A stretch of DNA of 64,000 nt, taken from assembly GCF_009914755.1 (NCBI RefSeq), contig NC_060929.1, one strand, 5' to 3'. A model generated the notes under the pieces. The model had not been told where the DNA came from and ran no database searches. It was given only the letters and a program-made list of their open reading frames with translations. This document shows positions 37,141 to 50,973 of the stretch, piece by piece; within the stretch, counting starts at the first letter, position 1; each line of letters begins with the position of its first letter. The translations under genes were made by a program, and so were the position numbers. The stretch comes from the human T2T-CHM13v2.0 reference genome, Homo sapiens.

Positions 37141-39259
37141 AATTATCACATTGATTTTTCCCGCAGCCTTTTCTGATAATGATCAAACAGAGGAAAAGCC
37201 TGGGATTTGATCCACATTGTTTTCCGGGCACATGGAGTTCTCTGATGCACCAGCCTCCACATCTGTGCTAAGGCCAGGTCTTACTTTGCTATAAGTACCT
37301 TTGTTTGGGGATCAAGATAATTGGCATGGAATTAACTATATATAACCTCACATGGGAAATCTATTAATCTGTGTTCTTCATTCTGCATGTTTTACTCATG
37401 AAATTAATTCATTGGATTATGACCAGCATTAAAAAACAAACAGATGAAAAACATTCATAGAATGGAATAGGAGTTATAGGGTGTATTTAAGGCAAATTGT
37501 TCTGTAATACCTCACATTCACCTGTGTGCAGGTATTTGTGTGCATGTGTACTTGGTTCCTATATGCTCACTTAGTAAATTTAGGAATATGCTCCTTCTAG
37601 GATCTGGTTCTTTTTTTTTTTGTATGGCTGCCACTCTGTAATTGAACCTGGTTCCACGACTCCCTTTAGAAGGGCCTCCTCCTCCTCTTCCAAAAGGACT
37701 CCTCTGCCCCTGTCTGGAGGAAGGTATCTGGCAATATATCTGGGCAAGATATTCAAAGAGCTGAGCTTGGAGCAATTGTAACCCAGGCTGAATTCTGATG
37801 ACCTCTTCTAAACTTCCAGGTCAGTGCTCCTGGAGGCTCACCCACACAAACACATAGGCACACTAACAACACCTGGAAGACACACCAACCTCATGCAGAG
37901 GAAACCATACCCTCACTGGCCTGGCAGTGACACAGGGGCCTGGGCAGGCATAGCACAGAAGAGTCCTGGTGTAACTGAGATAAAGTATCTCAATTGTACA
38001 AATAATTATTTTCGGCTCGGTTGTCTCTAGCGTGCAGCTGGTGAGCCTTCACCATGGGCCCAGGAGAAGCGGATCATATGAACAAGGCCTGGGGATGGGA
38101 CAGTTGAGCTGGGGCTGCAGGGGCTAAGGCTGTTTCCCATGGGGCTCAGCACTGGTGGACAGGTAAGCAGACAGGTTTGAAGATGCTGGCTCAGTTCACA
38201 GACATGGTCACAGAAAAAGCCTGGAAAACTATAGGGTTTTCTGCTGACCTCCCACACTCACCATGGACAGTCAGTACCCTGCACTGGCCCGTGTCGTACC
38301 CAAGCAGAGTGTGCTTGAAAATTGGATGTATATTAGTAGACCCCGTGCTCAGCGGGTACAGTTTAGAAAGGGAAGTTAACTTATCTGTCAATTAGTAAGT
38401 TAACAACACACAAAGTGTACTATGTTTTATTAATCAAACAAAAATATGTTTAACACCTGCTGGGCACAAGGAGTACAATGGTAAAGAGTTTAATGGAAAT
38501 GTTTAATGGTTAATGCCAAGACCTGTGTATGTATTAATATGATGCCAATCATTTAATACCTGATGAAGCAATAGTTTCTGGGACTACTTGGGTTAGAAAA
38601 TGGGCCTGCCACAGGCCCAAGCCCATCCCCTACCCTGCATGTGCTCCTGCTCCACTCCCTTGTGCATCTATCCGGTATAATGTTGTGGGGAAGGGGAGTG
38701 CTCGATTCCTCACCTTAACCAGCCTGCCAGCTATCCATGCAGAGACATGTGGGCAAAACTCCTAAGGCCAGACCTCCCCACTCCATTCTCCTGCTAGGCT
38801 GCTGAGGGACTCCATTCGAACCTGGTAATTACCCTGCCTCCTTCCCTCCAGATTCCATAGGTTACCTCTTCCTCTTTGCAGACTAACTAAAAGCCACCAT
38901 ATCTAAGTAGCATTTGATGAGAAGAAACTAGTTATTTATGTAAACCAAAATAATTAATGTTACAACGGAGAAACTTTATATAGCAGCCACAGATGAAGCC
39001 TGGCATGAGGAAGTCAATGATCAGTTGCTGCTCTCGCCATATGGTGGGTTATAAAATCTTCCCAAGACAAGTGAGGCACCGAGAAATTGAAGACTCATAT
39101 ACATTCCAGAGAACAGGGCCTCTCTCATCCATCTCCTCCATTAGGGCCTTTCTTCATATTTCATAGATAGACAGCTGGAGCCAGTTCTCTGCTTCCTGGG
39201 CCCTCTAAAAGGGCCAAAGACTTGGACAAATCCATTGTCCTGGGCACTCAGGAGGCAAG

Positions 39260-39756
39260 ATTCTGTGTGTGCATGAGTGTACGAACATGTGTCATGTGAG
39301 AGAGTGTGTGGGCACTGGGCACACGAAGCATGAGGGTAGGTGAGTGAACATGTGTCAGCCTACATGAGTGTATATATATGTGCACAGAGTGTGTGAGCAT
39401 GTGTGCATCAAACATAAGTTTGTGTGAACGTGGCACCACGAGTGAATTTGTGTGTTTGTGTGTGGGGTAAGTGAACATGTTGCAGCCTGAGTGAGCAAGT
39501 GTAGTGTGTGCAACAGGGATGTATGTATTCATGTTTACACATGTCAGCTTAAGTATGTTAGGGTGTGTGAACGTGTGTCAGTGTGAGTATGTGTGGGCCT
39601 GTGCACAGAATGCAAGTAAGTGTATGTGTGCATGCCGAGGGTGAGTGAGAGTGTGTGTGTGGGGGGGTAAGTAAACATGGCTGGGCATGGGTGAGTGTGC
39701 ACACCAGGTATGAGTGGCTGTGTGCAGTGTTGTGTGTGTTCACAATGAGTGTGTGA
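39260..39756. repeat. TG-rich degenerate simple repeat
   Basis: About 500 bp of imperfect (TG)n/(TGAG)n directly upstream of the LTR12. Confidence 0.9.
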
Positions 39757-39780
39757 AACAGACCTGCCAGGCCATGCTAG

Positions 39781-41431
39781 TGAGAGGTGACAGCATGCTG
39801 GCAGCCCTCGCAGCCCTCGCTGGCTCTCGGAGCCTCCTCAGCCTTGGCGCCCACTCTAGTGGCACTTGAGGAGCCCTTCAGCCCGCCGCTGCACTGTGGG
39901 AGCCCCTTTCTGGGCTGGCCAAGGCCGGAGCTGGCTCCCTCAGCTTGTGGGGAGGTGTGGAGGGAGAGGCACGGGCAGCAACTGGGGCTGCGGGCGTCGC
40001 TTGCGGGCCAGCACGAGTTCCGGGTGGGCGTGGGCTCAGCGGGCCCGCGCTCAGAGCAGCCATCCGGCCCCGATGGCCCCTGGCAGTGAGGGGCTTAGCA
40101 CCTGGGCCAGCAGCTGCTGTGCTGGATTTCTCCCCGGCCTTAGCTGCCTCCCCGCAGGGCAGGGCTTGGGACCTGCAGCCCGCCATGCCTGAGCCTCTCT
40201 CCCCTGCCCCACTCCGTGGGCTCCTGCACAGCCCGAGCCTCCCCTATGAGCGCCGCTCCCTGCTCCACGGCGCCCAGTCCCATCCACTGCCCAAGGGCTG
40301 AAGAGTGCAGGCGCATGGCCGGGGACTGCCAGGCAGCTTCACCTGCGGCCTGGTGCAGGATCCACTGGGTGAAGCCAGCTGGGCTCCTGAGTCTGGTGGG
40401 GACTTGGACAACATTTATGTCTAGCTAAGGGATTGTAAATACACCAATCAGCACTCTGTATCTAGCTCAAGGTTTGTAAACACACCAATCAGCACCCTGT
40501 GTCTAGCTCAGGGTTTGCGAACACACCAATCGACCCTCTGTATCTAGCTAATCTAGTGGGGACATGGAGAACTTTTGTGTCTAGCTCAGGAATTGTAAAT
40601 GCACCAATCAGCACCCTGTGTCTAGCTCAGGGTTTGTGGATGCACCAATCAGCACTCTGAGCCTAGCTAATCTGGTGGGGACTTGGAGAATCTTTATGTC
40701 TAGCTAAGGGATTGTGAATGCACCAATTGGCACTCTATATCTAGCTCAAGGTTTGTAAACACACCAATCAGCACCCTGTGTCTAGCTCAAGGTTTGCAAA
40801 TGCACCAATCTATACTCTGTATCTAGCTAATCTAGTGGGGAGGTGGAGAACTTTTGTGTCTAGCTCAGGGATTGTAAACACACCAATCAGCACCCTGTCA
40901 AAATGGACCAATCAGCTCTCTGTAAAACAGACCAATCGGCTCTCTGTAAAATGGACCAATCAGCAGGATGTGGGTGGGCCAGATAAGAGAATAAAAGCAG
41001 GCTGCCCGAACCAGCAGTGGTAACCTGCTCAGGTCCCCTTCCATGCTGTGGAAGCTTTGTTTTTTTGCACTTTGCAGTAAATCTTGCTGCTGCTCATTCT
41101 TTGGGTCCACACTGCCTTTATGAGCTGTAACACTCACCGTGAAGGTCTGCAGCATCACTCCTGAAACCTGTGAAACAACGAACCCCCCGGGGAGAAACGA
41201 ACAACTCCAGACTCGCCGCCTGAAGAGCTGTAACTCTCACTTCGAAGGTCTGCAGCTTCGCTCCTGAGTCAGTGAAACCACGAACCCACCGGAAGGAAGA
41301 AACTCTGAACACATCCAAACATCAGAAGGAACAAACTCCGGACACGCAGCCTTTAAGAATTGTAACACTCACCGCGAGGGTCCGTGGCTTCATTCTTGAA
41401 GTCAGTGAGACGAAGAACCCACCAATTCCGG
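39781..41431 (+). mobile_element. ERV9 solo LTR (LTR12C-like)
   Basis: Begins TGAGAGGTGACAGCATGCTGGCAG; CpG-rich U3; ~40-bp CCAAT tandem repeats; U5 ends AAGAACCCACCAATTCCGG. Confidence 0.97.
40420..41021 (+). promoter_or_regulatory. LTR12 enhancer/promoter driving IRGM
   Basis: Twelve CCAAT boxes between 40444 and 40960, GATA site AGATAA at 40981, TATA-like AATAAAA at 40990-40996; TSS expected near 41020. The ERV9-derived IRGM promoter is established in the literature. Confidence 0.85.
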
Positions 41432-41718
41432 TAGGAGTAGGAAATCACATCACCTTCTTTTAATCAGTCTCAAATACCTGGCCCCTTGTGGAACCTGCAA
41501 GAGCCAGGTTTGGCGAATGCAATGATAAGCAATTGTCTAATCACTGCCTTGAAAAAGAGCAGAGCATTTGAGTATGCTGTCTCCTCCTCTCCCTCACTTC
41601 AGTTGGGCCCAACATGACAGTCTTAATGGAAGCTCGGGGGTCAAAGGCTGGTGGCTTACTTCACGTATATTGCAGCATTTCAGTACTGCTCTGCACGTGT
41701 GCTCCCCCGCCTGATGAG
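41021..41718 (+). other. IRGM: IRGM exon 1 (5' UTR)
   Basis: Starts ~25-30 nt after the TATA-like box (exact TSS inferred); ends at a strong donor GAG|GTAAGT (GT at 41719). Confidence 0.75.
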
Positions 41719-42206
41719 GTAAGTGTTAAACAGGGATGATCACAGCTTCAAGTAAGCAATGGGAATTGGATGTTTTATGTCCTCTGGCGCCATCTTCAGC
41801 AGAGAAATATATAGGTCACTTTTACTTGTCTGGTTTTGGTCTTGAAATATGTACTGAAACTTGTGAAGGAGCAGACCTATATTAGGATAGAGTAAAAGAG
41901 GGAAAGACAAAAACCTCTTGGGCTTTTCAGGAGACTTGGTTCATTCTCTGCTTTTCAAGCCATCTCATGGCCACATGCCTGCTTTGGAGGCTGACTCGGA
42001 GGCACAACCGGCCTCAGGGCGTTCCTCAGGGACCCTACCTTTCTTGCTCCCTGAAGAAATGTGCACATTGCTTGAATAAAAACAATCAAAGAACACTCAG
42101 TCAAGATCGTCTGCTGCAGTCTTCGTTGAGGGCTGGGGATGCTAAAAGTCAGATGATTCATGTGTACCCTGTCCATCCTAACTCACCTGCTCTTCTACTT
42201 CCGCAG
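41719..42206 (+). other. IRGM: IRGM intron 1
   Basis: GTAAGT donor; branch-like CTAAC at 42178-42182; polypyrimidine tract and CAG acceptor ending at 42206. Confidence 0.8.
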
Positions 42207-42298
42207 CTTACTCCAGTGCCCACAGATACGACAGAGTGTCCCAAGTGCCCCTCACACTCTATTAGCTGCATCCTTAACCTCTTTTTGCCACACCATAA

Positions 42299-42598
<300 letters not shown>

Positions 42599-42621
42599 AG
42601 CATTGGGGTATTTTATTGAAG

Positions 42622-43167
42622 ATGGAAGCCATGAATGTTGAGAAAGCCTCAGCAGATGGGAACTTGCCAGAGGTGATCTCTAACATCAAGGAGACTCTGA
42701 AGATAGTGTCCAGGACACCAGTTAACATCACTATGGCAGGGGACTCTGGCAATGGGATGTCCACCTTCATCAGTGCCCTTCGAAACACAGGACATGAGGG
42801 TAAGGCCTCACCTCCTACTGAGCTGGTAAAAGCTACCCAAAGATGTGCCTCCTATTTCTCTTCCCACTTTTCAAATGTGGTGTTGTGGGACCTGCCTGGC
42901 ACAGGGTCTGCCACCACAACCCTGGAGAACTACCTGATGGAAATGCAGTTCAACCGGTATGACTTCATCATGGTTGCATCTGCACAATTCAGCATGAATC
43001 ATGTGATGCTTGCCAAAACCGCTGAGGACATGGGAAAGAAGTTCTACATTGTCTGGACCAAGCTAGACATGGACCTCAGCACAGGTGCCCTCCCAGAAGT
43101 GCAGCTACTGCAGATCAGAGAAAATGTCCTGGAAAATCTCCAGAAGGAGCGGGTATGTGAATACTAA
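42622..43167 (+). CDS. IRGM: Immunity-related GTPase family M protein (181 aa, GMS subfamily, N- and C-terminally truncated)
   Basis: [20 protein letters not shown]...QKERVCEY; G1 GDSGNGMS (42739-42762), G3 DLPG, G4 TKLD. The true ATG is at 42622; the ORF track starts at an upstream TTG. Confidence 0.98.
   Translation: MEAMNVEKASADGNLPEVISNIKETLKIVSRTPVNITMAGDSGNGMSTFISALRNTGHEGKASPPTELVKATQRCASYFSSHFSNVVLWDLPGTGSATTTLENYLMEMQFNRYDFIMVASAQFSMNHVMLAKTAEDMGKKFYIVWTKLDMDLSTGALPEVQLLQIRENVLENLQKERVCEY
43153..43158 (+). other. IRGM: Internal splice donor CGG|GTATGT for alternative C-terminal IRGM isoforms
   Basis: Consensus-like donor after codon 177. 3'-spliced IRGM isoforms are known; partner exons were not identified in this window. 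Confidence 0.65.
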
Positions 43168-43178
43168 TTCCTGTCTTC

Positions 43179-43184
43179 ATTAAA
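43179..43184 (+). terminator. Candidate polyadenylation signal ATTAAA
   Basis: Starts 12 nt after the IRGM stop codon and is followed by T-rich sequence. Confidence 0.5.
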
Positions 43185-44087
43185 CATTTTCCATCTCCTC
43201 CTATTGATTCCTTTTCTCCTTTATTTCACTGGACTCATTGAAACACACCTGGTGCAGAAGGGTATCTTACAATTTTCGGGGGCATGTAGAGAGTGTGGTT
43301 GTGTTGTTCTTTGAGATCTTTTGAGTGTTGGGGCCAAGATTCCCAGGCAAGGCTGCTTGCTTCGAAGGTCCTTTCCCTTCACGGAACTCTCCACCAGGTG
43401 CTAAAAATGATCAGTGTCTTAAAATGGATGCAAGATTATATCATCAGGGTCCTAGCACTCTCAAACTGAGTCATAATGAGGGTATTTTCAAAGGTGTGGA
43501 CAGGGTGCAGGGAGACCACCAAGACAAAATGTTAACCCCACGGTATAACCTCAAGGCAAGTAATGGTCGGGAGGAGCCCTCTCCAGGTTCGAACAGGCAA
43601 GTAGAGAGGCAGGTTGCTTGAATCTCAAGATGGAGTTTATCAGTAATAATAAAGACTTCTGGGCTTAAAAACACACAACTGAGATCTACAACAAAACCTC
43701 TAAAACAGAAAAAATAGTAACCATGTTAAAGGGTTCTAAGTTCTTGTTTTATCCAGAGCATGAGTAAAAATGTTGATTAAGTTTAAACTATGGTTTGTAA
43801 GTAATGCCTAATATCTTATGGTTTATAAGGAATGCCTAATATCTTTAACTAACGAAGGAATATAAACTGTGCATATAACTTGCAAGTGACAAGAAAAACA
43901 ATAGTGTAACAAAAATACACTCAATCCAAAGGAAGGCATCAGAAAAAATATAGCACAAAATAAAATGTTACATATAAACTGAAAATATCAATAATTATAT
44001 TTAGTGTTATTGGACTAAATGTTTTAGTTAAAAGTAAAATGATCATCAGGCTGGATTTTAAAATTCTAACCATATATATGGGTGTAA

Positions 44088-44402
<315 letters not shown>

Positions 44403-45069
44403 ACCACATATATTTTATAAGTGACATGCTAGATAAGGATACAGAAACTATGCAAGAAAACCTACCCCTCAAGTCCCAAGTCAAATAAAGCAATTGTAAG
44501 CCAAATATATAGTAAATAATGTTTCAGAGAGATGCCTGTATAGATGGTAAAAGCATTCATTAAAAAACCAAAAATACACCCAGTAGCCAGGCTGGTTTTA
44601 AACTCTAGCTTTTGGAGGGGAACAAGAGAGTTTTCTGTGCTGCTGAAGGGTCCTATTTCTTTTCCTTTCTTTCATTCATTTTTTAAAAAATGTCTGCTTT
44701 ATTGAGATGCTAGTCACATACGTAATTTAAAAAAATATGTATGGCAGTAAAAGATGTGTGCTTATAATTTAAACAGTACATAATTATGCACTATTATGTA
44801 AGTTCTATTTCCTAATAATAAGAAATTGTTAAAAATTTCTTCAAAGGAGGTCTTCATATACTGATATAGAACAATTACCAACATGTTAAAGAAAAAATAG
44901 GTTGTTAGACATTATTTAAGAAATGCTTCCATGTCTGTAACATAGAGAAATAGCTTGTGCATACTTGCTCATGTATATATACAATAGTTCTGCAAGGATA
45001 TTATGGTCATTTCTAAGGGGTAAGGGGTGAATAAATATGGAGTGGGAAGACATATTATTATGTACCCCC

Positions 45070-45275
45070 CTTTTTTGAGACAGGGTCTTGCTATCTTGCC
45101 TAGGCTGGAGTGCAGTGGTGCCATTATTAGCTTACTTGAGCCTCGAACTCATGGTATCTTCCTGCCTCAGCCTCCTGAGTAGCTAGGACCACAAGCACAT
45201 ACTTATTATGCCTGGCTGATTTTTAAATTTTTTTGTAGAGACAAGGTCTCACTATGTTGCCAGACTGGTCTTGAT
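45070..45275 (-). mobile_element. Partial AluJ
   Basis: GAGACAGGGTCTTGC...; diverged and truncated. Confidence 0.8.
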
Positions 45276-47439
45276 TATTCTGGTTTCCACCCCCTGTAGT
45301 GAGAGCGAGCCATGAGTTTTCCCTGCCTGGCTGTGCCTGATGTCAGCTCCCAGGCCCAGGAGGACTGCGAGGCAAAGACGGATGAAGGATTCTTGTACAG
45401 AGATATCTGAGTATTACTCAGCTGGCACACATTAGCTTTCTATTTTAATGAGCATTTTCAAATTTGAAAAACAAAATTCATCTCTACTTTTAACTGAAAT
45501 GTGTTTGGAAATGTTAGTTTTGGTTTCAGTGAAGCCATGCAGGTAAGAAAAACCATCTTACTTGGACTGGAAAAGAAGGATAGATCAAATTTCAGGGCAA
45601 GAATTGACATGATAGTTGGGCAGGAACAAAGAGATAAAGGGAAGCCTGTGCTTTTGGTTGTACTCCCTACATATGGCCCTGGAACAGCAACCTGGTGATC
45701 TGATTACCATAAGCAGCACCCTCCTACCGTTGGTCTTGAAGGGAAGATGGAGCAGGTGAAGAGTCAGATAATGGCAGAGAATGCTGTAGGGTGTTGCATG
45801 CACTCCATCTTCCTCCCCCTTATCTGTCGTAGACATGATTGGTATGGCTGGTAAAGAATCATAGACCCAAGTGCATCAAATGTTCGCAATTTAGCATAAA
45901 TAAGAGCATCAGGGGGACCTCATCAGGACAGGGATTCTTTTGATCATCCATGGTCCCCTAATGCACGACGGCAGGCCAGGTGTGGGGCAAACATTCAACT
46001 TTATAATAGACAAAATTTTTGTATATGATTGAATTTTTTGTTTTGTTCCTTTGAGAAGATGATATATAAAACTCAAATTTGGAGATTTGAATATAAAGGG
46101 CCATTGAATCATTTGTATATTTCTGAATCTTGCTTGATTCAATCCCTTGCCACTCCCAGCACTGCACTTCATCCGTGTCTTCACAAAAGGGAAAGAACTA
46201 GCAACAGCTTCATTACTCTTCCCTCCTTGTAACCACTGATGGTATTTACAAGCAGGAAGATTACCCAAGAAGTTCTCATCTAACAATGTTTTTAGTAGGC
46301 TTTTTGCATTGCTTATTGTAGATGAATCTGGAATTTGTGAAGTACAGGGCACAACTTGGAGAGCTAAAGTTAGTCATGTAGGTTTCCTACCTGTGCAACT
46401 AATGGAATGTAAAAAGCTCTAAACTTAAATGGCCTCCTAGGGCTAACATGTATGGCATGTACATGATACATACAGTAACATTAATCTCCTACTCAGGCAC
46501 AAAGTACATTCCAGTGCAAAAATATATGTTTTTGGAAGTACATCTGATCTTTTGGGCCTTTTCAAAGATGGATATTGCTGTTTCTCTGCTTGCTTTTTGC
46601 TCATGTTCTTCATCAATTAGTAAAATTTGGTATTAAGTAAGCTGTATAATTTTCATAAATCTGCTTTGACAGTTTGACCTCCGTGGTAGCGTAATGACTA
46701 AATCAGAACTGTGCCATTCAATCAGCTTTTGGTGTACTTCTGACATTACTATAAATTCTTAGACTCAGCTTCTCATTATTATCTTATATTCTTATGTTTT
46801 AAAAACCTTAGTTCTTAAAGATTTCTTATTCTTATCTTTTCCTGCTACATTTGATTCCTTAGAGCAATCATTTGTTCTGATTAAACTATTAACGGAATTA
46901 TTTTTTCTACCTAAGTTGCACAGGGGATGGACATTATTTCCATCTGGCTCACCTTATTCAAAATACTAAAACTATAATCAAAGCCCATTTTAGATAATCA
47001 TCTCTTAATTGAGCTGTTTGTCCACTTCTTATTTCATGAAATTAGGAAATTGTTCACACATTCTCATTAAGAGCAGTGATGCCAGTGATGCAGTGTGGTA
47101 TAAGGATGAAAGCTGGTACCCAGAGCATGGGATAAGCTAGAGAGAACTCTAAGGACATAATTTAAAGCCATATTCTGCAGAGAATGGAAAAGGCCAATTC
47201 TCCATTGAGGCTTCAGTTCTGGAAACTAATCTCAACAAGAATGTACCCTTTTTCATTCTCAACTCTAGGAACAAGCAGAAGAATCAAACAACTATTTCTA
47301 TTTCGGGTTAGTTTGTCTATAATAATATCTCATTTCCTGGAGAAGTGTTTTAAGAGTGCATATTGTTGAATTTCTAATAGAAGAGAAAATAATATTGAGT
47401 TTCTTTACTGTATTTTTAGGCAACATTCTCAAATGAATT

Positions 47440-49420
47440 ATGGTAATCTTTGCTCATATCTTTTGTTATTTTATTTTTTCTGCTATCTTTGGGTTTAGAT
47501 CATTATTCTTCTAGTGCCTTAAAACATAAAGTTGTATTGTTGAACTGAAATCTTTTATCCTTTTAAAATGTAAGTATTTAAAGCTATAATTTTCCCTCTT
47601 CATACTGCTTTTACAGCGTCCCATTAGTTTTTGCAAATTGTGTTTTCATTTGTCCTAAGGTTTTTTCTAATTTTTCTTATTTAACCCATTGGTTGTTTAA
47701 AAGTGTGTTGTTTAATGTCCACATATTTGTGAATTTTCCAGTTTTTCTTCTGATATTTTCAGTTTTATTGCATAGTAATTGGGAAAGACACTGCATAATT
47801 TCAATCTTTTAAAATTTATTAACACTTGTTTTGTGGCCTAATGTATGGTCTCTCCTGAAGAATGTTACATATTCACTTAAGAAAAAAACCATATATTCTA
47901 ATGGAATCTTGTTGGGTGAAGTGTTCTGCATGTGTCCAATTGGTCTGCAGAATTGTTCAAGACTGGTGGTTCTATCCAGCATTGAGAGAGGGGTATTGAT
48001 ATTTCCTACTATTACTGTAGACCTGTCTATTTGTTCTCTCCAATTTTATCAATGCTTGGTTAATATATTTTGGAGATACGATGTTTGGTACATATGTTTA
48101 TAATTATTATATCTTAGAACTGATTCTTTTACTTACATGTAGTATCTTGCTTTGTCTCTTGTAACAGTTTTTAATTTAAATTTAACCTAGAGTCTATTTT
48201 GTCTGATATTAGTATAGCCACCCCTGCTCTCTTTCAGTTCCTGTTTGCATGGAATATCTCTTTCCACCCTTCCACTTTCACTTTCAAACTATGGTATCCT
48301 GAGATCTATAGTGAATCCGTAAAGTATCTATAAAAACAACATATAATTGTATCACATCTCCCCAACCCCATTCTACCAATATCTGCTTTTTGATTGGACA
48401 GAAACATCCATTTACATTTAAAGCAATTACTGATAAAGTGGAACTTCTGCCATTTTGATGTTTTCTCTTTGTCTTATAGCTTTTTTTCTCTCATTTCCTC
48501 AATTACTACTTTCCTTTGTTTTTAGTTCATTTTTTATAGTGACACATTTTGATTACCTTTTTATTTCCTTTTGTGTACATTTTGTGGATATTTTCTTTGT
48601 GGTTACCATGGAGGTTACATGTGACAGTACAAAGTTATAACAATCTATTTTGAATTAATACCAACTTGACTTCAATTGCACCCAACACTTTGCTTTTTTA
48701 CAACTTTCCCTTCCTGCTTTGTTATGTTATTTCTGTCAAAAATCAATCTTTATATATGTTGTGTACCTATTAACATGGATTTATAATTATTTTTGTGAAT
48801 TTGCCTTTTAAATTCTTTAAAAAATAAAGTGTAGTTACAAGCCAAAATTATATAAAACTATTAGTTTTTATAATGTCCATGTATTTGCCTTTACCGGAGA
48901 TCTTTATATTTTCCTATGTGTTCAAGTTACTGTCTATTGTCATTTTATTTCAACTTTGAAGGGCTGTCTTAACACTGATTATAGTGGAGGACTAGTAGTA
49001 ATGTAGCCTCTTAGCTTGTTTACCTGGGGGTGCATTTATTTTTGCCTAATTTTAACAGGACAGTTTTGCTAAATACAGAATTCTCAGTTGACAAGTATTT
49101 TTCTTTTTCTTTTAGCACCTTAAATATATCATCTCTGTGCCTTCTGGCCTGCAACCTTTCTGCTGAGAAACTTACTGAAAATCTTATTGAGAATAGCTTG
49201 TATATGATGAGTCTGTTTTCGCTTGCTGCTTTTAAGATTCTATTAGTCTTTTAACAGTTTGATTACAATTTGTCCACTATGGGTCTTTTTGGCTTTATCT
49301 TGTGGTTCATACAGCTTCTTTGTATGTCTTTCCTCAAACTTGGGAAGCTTTTGGCTATTACTTTTTCAAAAAAATTATCTGCCCCTTTCTTCTCTTTCTC
49401 AAAGTCCCATAATGTTTTAA
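47440..49420 (-). mobile_element. Old L1M fragment
   Basis: T-rich degenerate antisense L1 (ORF1/ORF2 junction region); boundaries approximate. Confidence 0.65.
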
Positions 49421-50648
49421 ATGAGTAAAAACACAATAATTTTGAATATGACTTTTTCTTAATGGGAATTTACTTGGTTGCTCTTTTTTTCTGACTCTTT
49501 TTCAGAGTTTCTATAAAGTTATTTAAACCATCCATAGTATTTTTTTCTATGAATGAACAAAGGTTTGGAGGTTCTTAGCTTACCATTTTGCTGATATCCC
49601 TCAGTACTATGAACACAAGTAGGACCAAGACTCATAGCCTGGCTGCTAGCCAGCATTGCTTTGAGTTACACTTTTCAAAATTCTCCTACTTGGTGTAGCT
49701 CCTAGTATATCTTTGTTGATGAGGTAAATGAAATTCAACATGCAGAGTAATTTTTCTCAAACTTAGATTTATTTTCTAATTAAAAATAAATGTAATAATT
49801 GGCAGCTTAAAAATAAATGGAAGCACAGTGAAATTTTCTCATTTTTTTCTTTATCCTTAAGGAAGAGTTTGTTTTATTCATTATAATTTTGTGATGACTT
49901 AGTAAGTAGTTGAATTTTATTAAAATCAATGAAATGATTAATTTTTCTGTTGGCCACCAGAGAAGTGACTGAAACGGTTTCTCTTGCTGACTTAGATATT
50001 TAGTAGGCATATGGGAAGTGATCAGATTAGGAAGAATGTAAACTTATCAAAAAAGTGACAAGGAGGAATGGTAAGGTAGCCTTGAGGTCAGCGTACTAGG
50101 TCTGATTTTCCAACATGGTAGATTCTTTAAGGCACCTTCATCTTTTCACCACCTGTAGTTTGAGTTCACTTAGGAATGACATAGGGGCTCTTTCTTCAGG
50201 TTTTATTGACCTGAGTAACCTGGTTACCAGAGTGGAGCAGATAAAATGAGAAACAGTGAAATATAAACCACTAGTATGTTCACTGCAGCAAAAGAAAAAT
50301 AAACTAGCCAAATGTGAAATAAGACTATTAGGAAGAAGGCAAAAACACAGAAACAATATGTTTTGTAAAAGGGGAAAATTTGATATCAATTAATTTAGAC
50401 TTTCTGAAGCATTCTCTTAAAGAACAGTTTCTCCAGATGTTAATTAGGAGACACTCAATTTTTAAAAGTTAAAACATGTTTTAACTTCAAAACTCAAGAG
50501 ATTTTAAAATTATAACAATAAATTATAAATCTCTAACAGCATTGACTATCATGGGGGAATATTTCAGAAAATAGTATTTTAAAAGTATGTATATATATGT
50601 CCAAATTTTATAAGTTAAATATGTGATTTAAAAAATAAAATGTATCAA

Positions 50649-50973
<325 letters not shown>

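Noticed and set aside
39007-39047. PU.1-like GAGGAAGT and CTCF-like CCACCATATGGCG motifs
   Set aside because: Isolated short matches, and the CTCF-like one has a core mismatch; not supportable without ChIP data.
39787-40428. Overlapping 70-118-aa ORFs
   Set aside because: They are by-products of GC-rich LTR12 sequence.
40420-40970. CRISPR-like or novel repeat array
   Set aside because: These are the standard U3 tandem repeats of LTR12, with no unique spacers, in eukaryotic DNA.
42616-42621. 183-aa IRGM starting at 42616
   Set aside because: The ORF track start is TTG; the first ATG is at 42622.
45909-46352. 147-aa minus-strand ORF in unique DNA
   Set aside because: Non-ATG start and no recognisable domain; BLASTX would be needed to exclude a degraded pseudogene.
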